A stretch of 64,000 bases of DNA from Octopus sinensis (Eukaryota). Under the pieces are notes generated by a model, which ran no database searches, was not told where the DNA came from, and saw nothing but the letters and a program-made list of their open reading frames with translations. Position 1 is the first letter of the stretch. The number at the start of each line of letters is the position of its first letter. Location of the stretch: contig NW_021835992.1 of NCBI RefSeq assembly GCF_006345805.1, forward strand, positions 124,001 to 188,000, read 5' to 3'. Position numbers and translations under genes: made by a program. Positions 25,877-39,699 of this stretch are shown here, in pieces.

Positions 25877-26642
25877 ATGGACAACAAAACACAGTTGCCT
25901 GCATCCAGCACTACATCCAGCAGTGGAGGTGGGTCGAAGGGGCCGGTGAACGTGTTCAGTTCAACCGAAACAAGGAAAGCAAAGAAGAAGGGAAATATAG
26001 TCAAAATAGCCCCATGTCACTCGAAAGGAGGCATTCCCACTCGAGCAGTGGTGTCGACTGCAGACAAGTCTTCCCACGTGATAATCAAGTCCTCTGTAGA
26101 GTGTGGTGGATTACTTTATAGATCTCGGATGACGAGTTCAAGTCCTCCACACACAAGCCATGTAACTGCTCCAAATCTCGGTGTCTTAAACTGTAGGAGT
26201 ACATAATATTGCCAGTTACTGCGAGTGCTTTGCTAATGGGGCGTGTTGCTACAACTGTAATTGTGTGGGCTGCCACAACACGGAGGGACACTCCGCGGAG
26301 AGAGCCACTGCCATCAAAATCCTCCTTTCTCGCAACCCGACTGCCTTCGCCCCCAAGATTGGTACTCTCTATTTCCTACTCAGACGACCGATCACACCAA
26401 AAGGGCTGCAACTGCAAGAGGTCGGCCTGTCTAAAGAACTACTGCGAGTGCTATGGAGTACTCCCCCTCCTTACTCTCAGGCGGGCATTCCCTGCTCTCT
26501 CCTCTGTCGGTGTGAAGGGTGCCGTAATTGTGACAGCCAATACAATCGACGCAGACGGGGCACACACTCACTTAGGGAATTCGAGCACTACATTCACACA
26601 CGTCTGTCATTCCCTATATTTGTAGTACGACACGACCACTAA
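25877..26642 (+). CDS. LIN54: LIN54/tesmin CRC-domain protein (DREAM/MuvB subunit)
   Basis: Spliced (four 22-26 nt introns): [66 protein letters not shown]. Confidence 0.9.
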
Positions 26643-26818
26643 CACTATTCTTAATACACTCTCTCATATATATATTAATCACATAAGTCATTCCACTTTC
26701 TCGGCAAAGTAATCTACAATATTAAAGGGAATAACCAGTCCTGGGTTTGAGGAGTATTCTTCTTTGTATTCTGAGACTGTCCTACACATCAACACACTAA
26801 CACTCACATTGGCTCGAC

Positions 26819-29524
26819 TCAGTCCACCACGGGGGGTTTGAGTGGCAGACGACCATCCATTCCTCCATCCATCCACGCATGGCAAAGAGAAGGACAAGAC
26901 AGGACAGGAGCAAGCCCGTCTGTGCTTGTGTCGACCAGTGACTACACATCAGTCGACCAGTCACCTGAGCAAAGTCGCACGCAGTGACCTCAAAATCTGA
27001 GGAGATGGCCGAAATGACTTTGTTGGCCTCGGATAGACTGACATCGAGGAGAGACACGTCATTGATAGAGATCAGTCTCATGTCCTTCCGGAGTCGTCCA
27101 TCTCTGCCAATTACCCCGTGGTCGTCGATGTGGTCAACAAATATGCCCCCGTCCATTCCCTTGGCCACCCTCACTCCCACGTACTCATATCCACTCATCT
27201 GAAGACGAAAACTCTAAAATAAGCAAAGAAGGCGACCATATATCCGTGGGGAATGGGGTCTTCACTGACTACCAAGGACAAAGTCTCTTTCTCCCCAAAC
27301 AAGTGGAGTATCTCAGTCCGAGACAAATGACAGGCCTTCAACCCGTTGATCTACCAATAAACAGGGAGGGGCACCAGCAATATCCTCTGACCAGCGCGGA
27401 GATGGGTGTGAATGTCGGCCGTGACTATGAAGGGACCCCCGTCAGTGTTGGAAAATGGGAGTGCAGTAATGTCACGTCCCCCGTGGACAGTTATTCCAAA
27501 TCCGTGAGTGGCATCTCTGCGCAAATGAACTCTCTGAGAGTGAGGGAGGAGTGTGACCTTGAGAGGGTAGTGAGAGACGATCCCTGCCTGTGTGACCAAA
27601 TCAAGAAGGTTGGTGGAGGAGTAGTGAGGGAGTGACCCCCTCTGGACGACAAAGTGATATTGAGGGGCAGATGTGAGCACATTCACGGCCTGCTGATGGA
27701 GAAGACCTTCCATGACAATTCCATTAACATTCAATAGTTTATCCCCCACTTGGAGTGTGTTGTGATTTAAGGGAATGGATTGAACAAATATTCCCTGGAG
27801 GTGTGGAGGAGGAGTACCCTATCATCCCCAACGTAGGGATCTGAGTCGACTCCCCCTGCAATCGCCATTCCTTGAGTGGAAGGGAGAGTAAAGTGAAGGA
27901 GGGGTGTAGGACTGTGGGGGGAGTCCTGGGGGAGGCGAGGTATACGACTGTGTGAACAGTCCTGTGGAAGGAGAGATATAGGAGTATGGGATGACTCCTG
28001 CGGGAAAGAAGGCAAAGGAATATAGGGGGAGTCCTTTGGGAGCAGAGGCAAAGGAGTGTGTGAACAGTCCTGTGGAGGGATAGGTGTAGGAGTGTGGGGG
28101 CAGTCCTGTGGGAGGAAGACGGAAGTGAGGACAGGGGAGTGTGTGGAATGGTCATAGTCAGTCTGAAAGACAACCATCGGACGAGTTTGCATGTCGGACA
28201 GTCTGATAGACTTGAGAGGACAATGAGTGAGAGAAGTGGGCAGATTACGAAGTCTGATGTATAAATAAAGACAACCTATTTCCGGAGACATCAAGTACTT
28301 CCAGATGAGAAAGATTGCCCACATGGTTTGGAAGATTATCAATTTGATTATCACACAAATTGAGAATGGAGAGAGAAGTAGCAGAGAAGAGAGAATGTGG
28401 GACATCACTAATATCATTCCTACCCAAATGAAGTATTCTTAGACAGGGAAGTGTGCCCAATGAGGACGGAATAGTCTACTATGACTAAACAAATCACCTG
28501 AATATGATTGTTGGCCACATACAACTCAGCAAGACTAGAACAGTTGGCAATAGACTGAGGGAGTGAGTGTAGAGAGTTATCATTCAAATAAAGAGTGATT
28601 AATTGATCAAGTCGGCCTACCACTCACATTCACTCACAACCCATCGAATGAGGCAGTTCACTCAGTTTATTAAAAGACAAATCCAATTCTTTCAGACTCC
28701 CCAACTCCCCAATCGAGTCAGGCAGTGTCTCCAACAAGTTATCCCCCAAATCAAGAGTCTCCAATCCACACAACCCCCCAATCGACTACAAATAGACCAC
28801 ACAGTACCTCAGGCAGTCTCCTCAGACAATTCTTCTCCGCCCACAGTGTATGCAGTTTATGACACTCTCCAATCGACTCAGGCTGCCACTCACCCTCAAC
28901 CCATACCAGACACTGCAGAGTAGTCGTACTCCCACAGTCCAACAACTCCAAGTTCACCAGACACCCCAACGACGAGGGCAGTTCGGAGATTGGGTTAGAC
29001 CGTACTTCCAATGACATTAAATTGACAAGCAGGCCAATATTCTCGGGAATGTGGGTTACATAACAAAAGTTGAGATCCAGACAAGTTAGTTTGACTAGAT
29101 GACAGATGCAGGCCGGGAATCTACTCTTATTTGGTTATTTTACGTTGAGAATGAATTATTTGCTATTTTTAGACTTTGAAGGTTTCTGCATTCCTCCAAT
29201 GTCATCGGCAGGTCCTCCAAGGCTATTCTATTACTCACTCCACCTACCATTCTTTGACAGATTCAGTTCCACCAGGAGTTCCAGTCGGACTACTCCACGG
29301 GGAAGTACGCGGATTTGGTTGTCGTATAATGACAGTCGTTCCAGCTTGGTCAGTTCGAATAATACTTCTGGAATCTCGTAAATGTCGTTCGATTCCAGGT
29401 CTAGTTCTTCCAAGTTCTTCATTTTTATAATTTGTCGGGGAATTTCTCTTAGTTTTGAACTGCATTTCGAGAATGTCGATATTCGCGAACTTTGTCTCCC
29501 ACATGGTCCACAAAAGGCATTCAT
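26819..29524 (-). CDS. SCRIB: Scribble-like LAP protein (LRR array, LAPSD, three PDZ domains)
   Basis: LRRs ([15 protein letters not shown]...), [27 protein letters not shown], PDZs [44 protein letters not shown]; many 22-25 nt introns. Confidence 0.88.
27896..28111 (-). repeat. In-frame 36-bp x6 tandem repeat (PQDxxHxPxPxx) in the LAP linker
   Basis: [72 protein letters not shown]. Confidence 0.9.
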
Positions 29525-29699
29525 TCTTTACAATTTATTTACATTTTATTTTCTTCTAATTAAGTGCAATTTAATTACCGATTATTTATATTGACTAATA
29601 TAAATATTCTGACGTAATTATTTACATTTTTTATTAAGAGTCATTGTTCAGTCCACCATATTTACTAAATATAAAACGACGTTAAAATGTTTATTTATG

Positions 29700-30896
29700 A
29701 GTGTAGAATTGCCACAAGATAACGCCTCAGTGGCTAAGGATTCTTTAATGGGAGGAAAACATAGCCTTTATGATCCCAAGGTGTGTACTACGAATTTTTT
29801 CAATAGCAAAAACCACAACGTTATTTTAAGTATAATTTTTTTATTGTTTGCCAACACCTGGACGTGATTCTTTTTGAGTAGTACTCTTCAGACAATAAGG
29901 TTCATTTCATCGTACTCACTTTGGTCAAATTAAATCAGGCCAATGTAGTAGTTTAGCAATGAGATCGCGTACACGTTCAAGGCATAAAATAAGTTCAGTG
30001 CATTGAGGCGATTTTTAACATTGGTTCTCTATTACGCCCACCCTCCACTACACACTTTCTCGTTTAGGGCGGATTAATGAGGTTGGCTCTCAATCATACA
30101 AGATACTTATAGCCTTACCACACACAGGGATTTTAGTCTCCGACCTGTTGTAGTTGAGCTCCAGACCCACAGCTTTGCGGCAATGTTTTCCTTCCACCTA
30201 CTCTTTGGGGCAGGCCTCTGGGTGATTTCTTCATATGTTGTCTGTGTCGAGTACAAATAGAGAGAAATTTCGTCCATTCGAGCTAAAGATACAACCTGAG
30301 GACTCTCTGTACCATCATTCTAATAAAAAACGTGGACATGTCGAAGGAAGAGAACGTGAGTCAGCCAATCCGCAAGTTCTTTAGCAGAATCCGTAACTCC
30401 AAGTGGCATTCTCGTGTGACCTGTATAGAGTGCTCATCCTGGGTACCTGTCGCAAACACGGAAAACTGGTTAAACAACTGGAATTGAAGTACAACTTCAA
30501 AATCCATCACCTGACCTCACCATTGGAACCCCTGACCAATATTCTCCCGCGGGTGGTCTTCCGTGAAAGCATCAACTCGGAAAATTCCATGAAAAACTGA
30601 GGAAGAAACCGACAAGTTGCGACATTTTTGGACTCACGTGGAAATACATTGAAGGGTTGATCGAGTCACATGGAAACGGGGAGGCGGTGATCGGTCCCTT
30701 TTTATTTGTGGATATCCCCTATGGCGGGAACGTGGGTGATTGGTTTGTCCGTAAATGGAACGACAGAATAATCCCGCTGTTGAGACAAGCTCTCCACTCC
30801 ACGTCCTCGACGGAACCCTTCGAGTGGGTCATGGAACGGATTCCGTGGAAGGTGACTCGACTGTTGATTAACAGACTTGGCAATATTCACAAATAG
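29700..30896 (+). pseudogene. Neuron navigator/unc-53/CTTNBP2-like AAA-domain gene, frame-disrupted
   Basis: VIGPFLF..WFVRKWNDRIIPLL..EPFEWVMERIPW and LILGT..LELKYNFK..EPLTNILPR; two frameshifts near 30598 and 30640; 5' limit uncertain. Confidence 0.6.
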
Positions 30897-31399
30897 TCTG
30901 TTTTATTCTTTTTTTAACTGAATTTAATCAAAATATAGTCAAATCAAACACAACGAAGAAAGCAATTTTTCAACTGGAATCAAGTCTTGTCAACGTTGTC
31001 CATCCGTGAGTCCTTCCGGAACGATATAGTTGCAGAAAGGGGATATCCTACCTTCTCTGGTCACATTACTAATTAAAACTCTTCATTATGATAAATGAAG
31101 TTTTGCTCGGCGACGAGAATCATCTCCCACCTCCATCTCTTTGCATACAGAAAAAACTGTAATGAAGATTTGGTTGTAGACCTCCGAGGATATGCAGTCC
31201 AGCGCTCATCGCTGACTAAATGTTAGGAAAAGACTGGAACCCCGAAGACTGAGGGAACAGTTTAATATCGACTATGAATATGATATGGTTAGTGCTATAA
31301 CACTTTTCATTATGCTCGATCGACATTTGTTCGAATTAGGCAGTGAGGACTCTGCTTAGTAGTTCTAGGCACACGACAAACAGCAATATGCTGTTGCTA

Positions 31400-33270
31400 T
31401 GTAATGTGCTCCTCTCTAGCATTTGTTGTATTGTAGATGCACATTAAATCTGTCCATCACAGTTGCAACAAATTTTATAAACCACAAAGAAGAAAGTTGA
31501 GGACTGGAAGAGAAAATTGGAACTTGTTCGAAAGCACTTTGAGCGTAGAGTTACAGATGAAGAGAAAAAAATCACCTATGATATTCTCAGGTCGCTGAGT
31601 TACAAAAAATCAAAAAAGGAAGAGAAAGAAAGAAGTATGTCGCATATCGAAGACACTATAAAAATATTAGAAAAGAAAATTACTGTGTATGAGTTCAGAA
31701 GGGAATTCAACCACGACAACCGCTCTTTCGAATTATATCAAAGAGCGTTCTACAGATCTTTGGACCCTGCTGATCATTTATCATCTAGCATGTTTAACCC
31801 AGATAAGTGTTTTAATTTTTGGAAAGATATTTGGTCTAAAAGAACCAATGCCTGTCAAAATGAGAAAATGAACTTGCCAGTCAAACTGGGCAGAATCTGA
31901 TATATTCTCTGTTAGTCAAGAACTTTTCGAAGATGTTATAAAATATCTTCCAAATTGGAGATCCTGTGGCTGCGACGGGGTGTATAATTTTTTCATTAAA
32001 ACATTTCGAATCTTTACATCCGTATATTTATACTGAAGTCTTAAAAATTTGTAAAGAAGAGTACATACCGAATCATCCCAAAAAGCCTAACTCGAATCTG
32101 CCAAAAGACCTCAGACCCATAACATGCTGCCAAACCTGTATAAAGTTCTCACTAAACGCGTAAATATGAAATTAATAAATTATTTGGAATATTATTCGCT
32201 TGTTTCGGATAATCAACTTGGATGTAAAAGAAAATGTCAAGAAGCCAAAGAACAGGCCTTGATTAGCAAGAGTATAAACCTGGCCTACAGAAACAATTTG
32301 TTTACATCCTTGATAGATGTGAAGAAAACTTTTAATAGTGTGGATCATAACTTTCTTTATCACGTTTTGGACTGCTCTTGGATCACCAGGTTCGTAAAAG
32401 TGATTTTGACCCAGTGAAAGCTGAAACTCAACCTGAACAAAAAATAATCGAAAAAATTTGAATAAAGTTCGGGACCCTACAGGGAGATGCTTTATCTCTA
32501 CAGTTATTTACGCTTGTAATGGACCCATTGAGCTGATGAGATGATGGAAAAAATAAGTGTAGAGATCAAAGCACGTATAAAGAGACTAACAGGCACGAAA
32601 CTGAATAGTATTAATCTCTTTAAAGCTTTAAATGAGCACGCTTTGTCCCTTTACAATTATTACATTGGATTGATAGACATAGAACCTGATGAGTTTGAAG
32701 TAATTGACAGAGAAATTCGTCTACAACTTAAATCATATCACATACACTTGAGACCTGCAAATTGTCAGAGGCTATATCTCCCTCGTACATACCTTGGAAG
32801 AGGATTGGAATCAATATCGATGAAGAGCGAAAGAATGTTACTGGAATTCTATACTGACATAAAAAAATCGGTAGGCTGTCTGAGAAAGACTGGTATTCTG
32901 CAAACTGAAAATTTAATGAAAACCCATTTGGACGCCATCGCAGACTACTTAAAGCATAAATACACCAAATATGAACAACATAAAAAATTTAAAGGAAATT
33001 CAACTCAAATGCCTTCTTGATATAATCGAAACGAAAAGTTTACATTCATCACTTTACAAATGCAACAAAAACATTCATCCCGATATTAAAGAATCTTCTT
33101 TGTGGTTGCAGGAAGGCAATATATGCCCAAGTAGTGAGGGTCTATCTTGCTTACTGCAAGATAGAAATCTGTGCTGTCAGAACGAGATGTAAATTGTCCG
33201 GAAAAACTCGACAAATACGACCTACTTGCAAGTGAGATCGGACTGTTACATAGTGCCAAAGTACAAATTT
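31400..33270 (+). mobile_element. Degenerate R4-clade retrotransposon copy
   Basis: SFELYQRAFYRSL, KCQEAKEQALI, GTLQGDALSL, LNSINLFKALNEHALSLYNYY, RLYLPR..GRGL, KYDLLASE. Confidence 0.85.
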
Positions 33271-33344
33271 TTAACAATTACGAATTAACACTTAAAACAA
33301 ACGACGTGCGCCCTTGTAATAAAAAAGAAGTAAATTTGCAAAAA

Positions 33345-33689
33345 TTGCCATATCAATTTCTCATTAAAAATTTGAACAAAAAGTTCCCTTATCTCATGTG
33401 GATTGTGATGTCGAATTCGTTTCGAATTACCAATCCAACCGAACTTGCAAGAATGTGGGGGGAGTTGAAAGACAACCCGAGGATCCTTAAAAGAGAAAAA
33501 GGGCAGAAAAATACATACACCTTTTATGAAGATATTTGGTTAAAAGATATCCCTTGGCAATCTATCGAGGAATATACACCTACTTACTCGAATGCATATG
33601 AGCCCCCACATAATTATGACCTCATGCAATCACATTTTGGGGAATATGAGGCCCCACACACTGAAAATCAAAGCAACTTTCCGCAGTGA
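33345..33689 (+). pseudogene. ETS-domain transcription factor remnant lacking the recognition helix
   Basis: PYQFLIKNL..LMW..SFRITNPTELARMWGELKDNPR|ILKREKGQKNTYTF aligns with the ETS fold except for the MNYxKLSRxLRYYY helix. Confidence 0.6.
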
Positions 33690-34329
33690 AGTTATGAAAA
33701 ACGCCTCTTTCCTCAATATTACAAAGATCTGTCAAACTTTGACTTCTTTTATTGAAATTATTCATTCTTTAAATAAAATTTCCATATATTAATTGTTATA
33801 TTTATACAAAATACTAGGTTGGGAAAGAAATGATCGATTTTCTCTTAGATCTGACCCAAATTTATTGATTATCGATTGTTTTAAAAAAACAGTAAATTTG
33901 CAAATGGGATTTTTTATTAAAAGTTGGGCTATTTCAAAAAAAGTGTTCAAGTGTTTTCAAAATCTGTAAATTGCATACTCTATTTAAGTAAGTTTCTTAT
34001 TTAACAGAAAATCACAAACACTTAATTAAATAAATTAATTAGGTAAGCCAGACAACCCGAAGGAAGGTCGTCAGCTTTTCAATGTGATATTTAACCATCT
34101 TTATAATTTATTTATCTTCTCATTTTCATAGTAGATCTCATATCTTAAGTACACATTACATGATTCCTTAGTTTGAGATGAAAAAGGCATAGAGGAAGTC
34201 GAACAAGCTAATATAGTCGGCCATCATGGGGGGGAATTTGTCCTGAAAAAATTTAACAGTACTCAAGTGTCTTTAAAGCTTTGATTTGAGTACGCCTTTA
34301 TAGAAACCCAAATAGTACTCCTCTGTTTC

Positions 34330-34560
34330 TAGGGATGCTAGGAACCTGGCCAACGGATGTCTGATGGGAGAAATCCTCGGATATTACTTTCCAGAAGACC
34401 TGAATAATAATGAAATCATTTATTTTCAAGACTTGAAACACAAATTCAGAATTGGAAGCGAATCAAAAAAGTAATTCCACAAGTCTGACGAAGGTTGTTG
34501 CCAAACACGGTCTTGATATCCCCGACAAAGTCATTTAAGGTATAATCCACAGAAAAGAAG
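34330..34560 (+). pseudogene. Possible SPEF1/CAMSAP-type calponin-homology gene fragment
   Basis: NLANGCLMGEILGYYFP and KIQNWKRIKKV-like segments in shifting frames. Confidence 0.33.
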
Positions 34561-36017
34561 ATTCGACAATATTTTTGGTCTCCAAACTTAACAAAACATT
34601 GACGAATTGTAAAATAAGTGTGCAGGATGACAAAAAATGTTTTCTGGGATTGATTTCGACTGCCAAAATATTCTGCCGATGTATGCTTGCAACACAGTGG
34701 CCAAGTCTCTCAGAACAACATCAAGTCAACAGAAATCAGGCAGAACCCCGAGATTACGAGAGTTTAAAATAAAGTCGTTTCCACTAAATGCAAAATAAGC
34801 AAAGTTATACAAAAGTCCTCTACTGGGAACCTTTTGCTGTGGCAAAGTACTTCCAAAAGAACCAAACAGGAAATAATATTCACATATTCTTACGTAATAA
34901 ACAAAATCAATGACCTCGAACAGCAAATTTCAAAAAAATCGGAAAAGATTATTATGAAAATTCCGGTCTTAATTTTGACCAAAGACGAAGTGTTTGAGAA
35001 TACGCCAAGAATTGAAATCGTTAAAAGAAATTTATACATTGTGGGATTATTCTAAAAATGAACTCGGTGGCCAAGCCATCCCTGACCCAGATTGAAGAAC
35101 GGAGAAGAATGATGAGAAATCAACTCAGGATCGCCAGAATGAATTGATTTACTAAATAAAATTTAACTAATCAAAAAAGAAGGAATACATCTTAAGGAAA
35201 TTTATAAAATTATGGATTCAAATAATCAGGGGGATATTTTGAAATTAATGTTTGATAAAATCAACACGAAAACTAACAAATACTTATCAGAACGTACAAT
35301 TTATAAGATTTAAAACAAAAATTATTATAAAATTTTATGTAAATTAATACGATTCTGCAAATAATATTCGGCGTTGGGGTTTAATTTGTCTACGAAAACA
35401 TCACATCAACGGATATATTTACATATAATCACTTTCTCACTTACTCCACTGACTTTTATAATCACGTCAGATTCATCTAGTAAAGTGGCGCGATTGTTAT
35501 CTGAATATTTGACCAAAGATTCTGTTGACAGTTTCCCATCCTGCAAAATATAGTAATTTACCAGGAACTTTGAATCCACATGGACATTCTTATTTATAAT
35601 CGGACTTTTCTACTTAAATCAAATTTATAGCAATGCACGTTTTGTGAGTTTCCCTTTGACTGTGACTGCTGCATGCAACAATTGATACTAATAGAAGTAA
35701 ATATTACATTAACACCAATTAGAACAATGATAAATTGCTAGTGAGTAATCAACCACATTAATGTCAATACAGTAAAAGAATTCCTAAATGACTTAGATAT
35801 AATTATCAGAACGCCCTCCATTATAAACAAAAGCTATGCAGGATTGACATTCGAGAGAGTTTTTTTACATAAATAAAAATCCGAGTATTTGAAAAATGCA
35901 CTCCTCGACAAAAAATGATTCAAAATCAAGAAAATCATGTATTTGATTGTGTTAGAATTTTGAAATTTCTTCTTTAAAAGACAGAATCACCACTCTTTAT
36001 CTTCTCTGTTTTTTTTC

Positions 36018-37086
36018 GGTACTTTTCTATTTCATGAATCACGAAAATAGGCACTAAATTAATTAATGAAAATTTATTTGAATATTAGAGGAAAAATTAA
36101 AAAAATGAACTATGCCGATTTTGTAAATATTATTATAAATTTTTTTAAATAAAATTTTGAATTTTTTAATCGGTTGTGTGAATGGACGGTCACGTTGGGA
36201 TGAGAAAATACGCAAAATTGAAGGACTACTTTTAGGTACGTGGCTCGAAGGCACGACAGTGTCCTTAGAATCTTGTATTCGTTTTATTTATATGTGGAGC
36301 TTCGACAGACACATTTTATGGTGTCGGCGTCAACTGGAATGGAATGGCCAAACGATATGTAATTGGTCTCACTCGCTGCGGGAGGTATGTGCTGCATATT
36401 TAGCAAATCGTCCGAACACACTGATTGGTATTATATTATTAGATTGCATAGGTGGAATTGAAAATGTCGTAAAAGTTGACGAAAGTATGTTTTCGAAAAG
36501 AAAAAATAATGCGGGACGGATTCTCCCTCAACAATGGGTGTTTGGGGGAATCTGTCGTGGAACAAAAGACTGTTTCCTGGAGATGGTACCAGATCGCTCT
36601 AAAAGAACGTTAACCGCAGCGATACAGCGAAATATCGCACCGGGTTCAGTGATACACTCTGACAAATGGAAGGGTAATTGTAATTACTTTATTCTTGTTA
36701 ATAGGTTATTCAACCCCAGATCTAAATGCTCTTGCTTATATGCACCTTACAGTAAATCACAAGTTTATTATAATTCATTTATAAATTTGCAGACGAAATT
36801 TTGTAGACCCGGAGACCGGTGCACATACCCAGACTGTTGAGAGGTTCGTGTAGCAAAAATTATATACAAAAATATAGAATGTGGGGGAACGCAAAATGGC
36901 GCAATAAGAGACAAAGAGGAACCGCACGCCACTATATGGGTGAATACTTTGCAGGTATTAAATATTCTGATTTAATTTGTAGAATTTTTATGGAGAAGGC
37001 AAGTGAGCCATTTGGACAACGCATTCGACGAATTGTTAGACGCAATCGTGCAACTATTTTCGTGATTCATGAAATAGAAAAGTACC
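36018..37086 (+). mobile_element. Merlin (IS1595/ISXO2-like) DNA transposon with intron-containing transposase
   Basis: 33-bp perfect TIR GGTACTTTTCTATTTCATGAATCACGAAAATAG (36018-36050 / 37054-37086); T-run+C TSD (7 of 8 nt match); VDES..WVFGG..SDKWKGY..TQTVERMW after removing 5 introns. Confidence 0.92.
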
Positions 37087-37419
37087 TTTTTTCATTTTTT
37101 CTCCTAATTTAGTAGTATTTTTGGTGCATCATGACATACTTATTTATTTAAAAATATTTTAAAAGTTATTCTAATAATAGAAAATGAATTTTAAAATTTT
37201 TAATATATATTTAATAATTTATTTAAAATTAACTTAATATAATAATAAATTAAATTTAAATTTGAATTTACTTTTCAGAAAATATTGTGTACTAATGTCG
37301 AAAAACACAGCAATAAAAAAAATTTTTGCTTCTCAAGTTAAAGTTTTAAATGGCGAAACAAATCGCTCAGTCGAGCTCACAGATTACTTCAGGTACTCTC
37401 ATAACTCCCAAACATAAAA

Positions 37420-39025
37420 ATGGCTAAATTAGTATTTAAATATTTCCATTTTTGTATTTTTTATTACTCCTTAGAGATTATATCGCAAAATATATCTCTG
37501 CATACAAAAACTATAACGAGGTAAGCCAAAACCATCACGACTAGGAAATCTCCGAAATCACAAAGTCCTTTGCCCAAAAATTTTCCAATGACGAAAAAAG
37601 GTGCGAACCTCAAATTCTAATCAAAGATATTTGGAGACCAACTTAATGTGGACTTTGAGATCCTTCCGAAAGGAGATCGAAAACTCACAGAACTTGACAG
37701 AAATCATAATGATGCACCAAAGCCAACTCAAAAAAACATCAAAAGAAGTTGTGGAACGCAGAAAAAAAGTAATGGAGTGAAAACTAACATAGATCATGAG
37801 TACACTAAAAAAGCGTCAGGCGGACGTCGACCATTTCCTCAGCCGAGTCCTGAAAGAACACAAGGAAGTTGTGGAAGCACAAGCAAAAAATAAATCAATG
37901 CAACAAAAAATAAGCAGGTTAGTCAACAAATTGCGACCTCTGCAGAGACAGTGTGGCTGCTGCGTCTTTGGCGCATCAAAAAAGAGAAAAGGAGCTCAAA
38001 AAAGTGAGACTATTTGGAGTGATGGGTAGTTAGGGGTAAAGTCAAAAGAGTCTGAAATCAAATTGAATGTACACAAATTAAAATACAATTCCGATCTTAT
38101 TGCTGTAAATCGTCTAATCGAGCTACATGGATCAGAATTAGGAAATTTGATAAATGTATACTTCCAGGAAATAATATGATAGGAATACATCACGGAGGAC
38201 AAACCAGTCGTCGATCAAGTCCGATATTTAGTGGAGTCCATTAAAAAAGCTCACGATTCCAGCACTAAAGAATGTGCACGTCTGATTGGACAACTAAAAG
38301 AGGTTTCCCAATATTTTCCTCACTTTCATAGGAAAATAACTTTTCTAAAAAAATGTTCAACGCCTTTCCGGTGTGTTCCAGCACTCGGAGATTAAATCTC
38401 CACCCACTCTACTCAATTGAGGACATGGACGAGACAAGTGTCAACCGAGTTCTCAGTATCTGGAAGGAGACCATGGACAAAGCCCAACAACGACTCCGAC
38501 ACCTCCAAAAATGTAAGAATCTAACAGGAAACGACAAGGAAGCAATTATCAACACAAAAGTATGACTTTATTTCACATTTTAGCATCAAATCGACATGTG
38601 TGGTGTCGTCATTGATAAATTGTGTTCTTCTAATGAGCCGGATATCCTCCCCGACTTGGATGTCATTTCCGAGCCCAATGTGGAGGTCCCCGAGTTCATC
38701 CCGGACTACAACAGTGTGGTGTCCTCTGACGATGACTTTGACGAGGCCTACCATGCAATCCAAGCCGAATATGATGTATATTTATATTAACATTCCTAAG
38801 TTGCCTATTGAAGAAGTGACTGCAGATAGTTACCGTGTACTTCAGTCGTATAAGGTTGTCGTTTTGTGACATTTCCAGGCTGAGGACGAGAGCAAGATTT
38901 CGTTGGAAAAGGGAGAGGTCGTTAAGTTGTGCGAGCCATTTGACGACACCAAGTGGTGCTTGGTTGTGAAGGATGGGCACAAGGGATACTTCCCTGGACC
39001 ATACTTGCAACTTATCGAGGATTAA
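37420..39025 (+). CDS. Coiled-coil (F-BAR-like) plus C-terminal SH3 protein
   Basis: SH3 after splicing a 24-nt intron: YRVLQSYKAEDESKISLEKGEVVKL..WCLV..KGYFPGPYL*; helical N-terminal region; start and exon structure partly uncertain. Confidence 0.6.
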
Positions 39026-39699
39026 TTAACTTATTAAGAATTATCTTAATGTTCTATTTTGGGATATTTTATGGTTGGAATTAGTTGGGCTTTCATAGTG
39101 CATTTGTCAATAGTAGATCTATTAACTAATTAGACAAATATCTTTTTTCAACTCATTTTTATTACAAGTATCAATGCTGTAAGAATTTACAGCGTTGAAA
39201 AGTAAATACAATCGGTTTTCGACTTGAATCAGACCTCGGGCTAAAGCACTTTAAATGATTTCTGTCAAAAAATTAATGAATCATTTTGAATGAAAACCTT
39301 GATTGAAACTAAATTTATTACTTTTAGGAAAATCAATTATTTTTTACAGTTTCCATATCCGAATGAAGACTTTTCCGTCGGAGGAAGCAATTGGGGATTG
39401 CAGTTATAGACCTACTGAGGCATTAAATGATGTGTTGTCTCGCCTGCCTTCTCGAGTGGTGGACGAGTCTGGGAAATGTCTGGCAATCTCCATGATGATG
39501 TGCATCACATTCAATGCGAAACTCACAACAAATCAACCACCTGATTGCAAGCAGGCATTTGTCTTTTGTGTCGATTTCTTTTCGATTGGGAACACTAAGT
39601 ACTGAGGGATGCTACCTAATTTAGACATTGGCAAAACAATACTTAAGAATTCCTCTGTAGGCAGCATAAAAAATATTTTATGTTATCAGTGATAACAAA

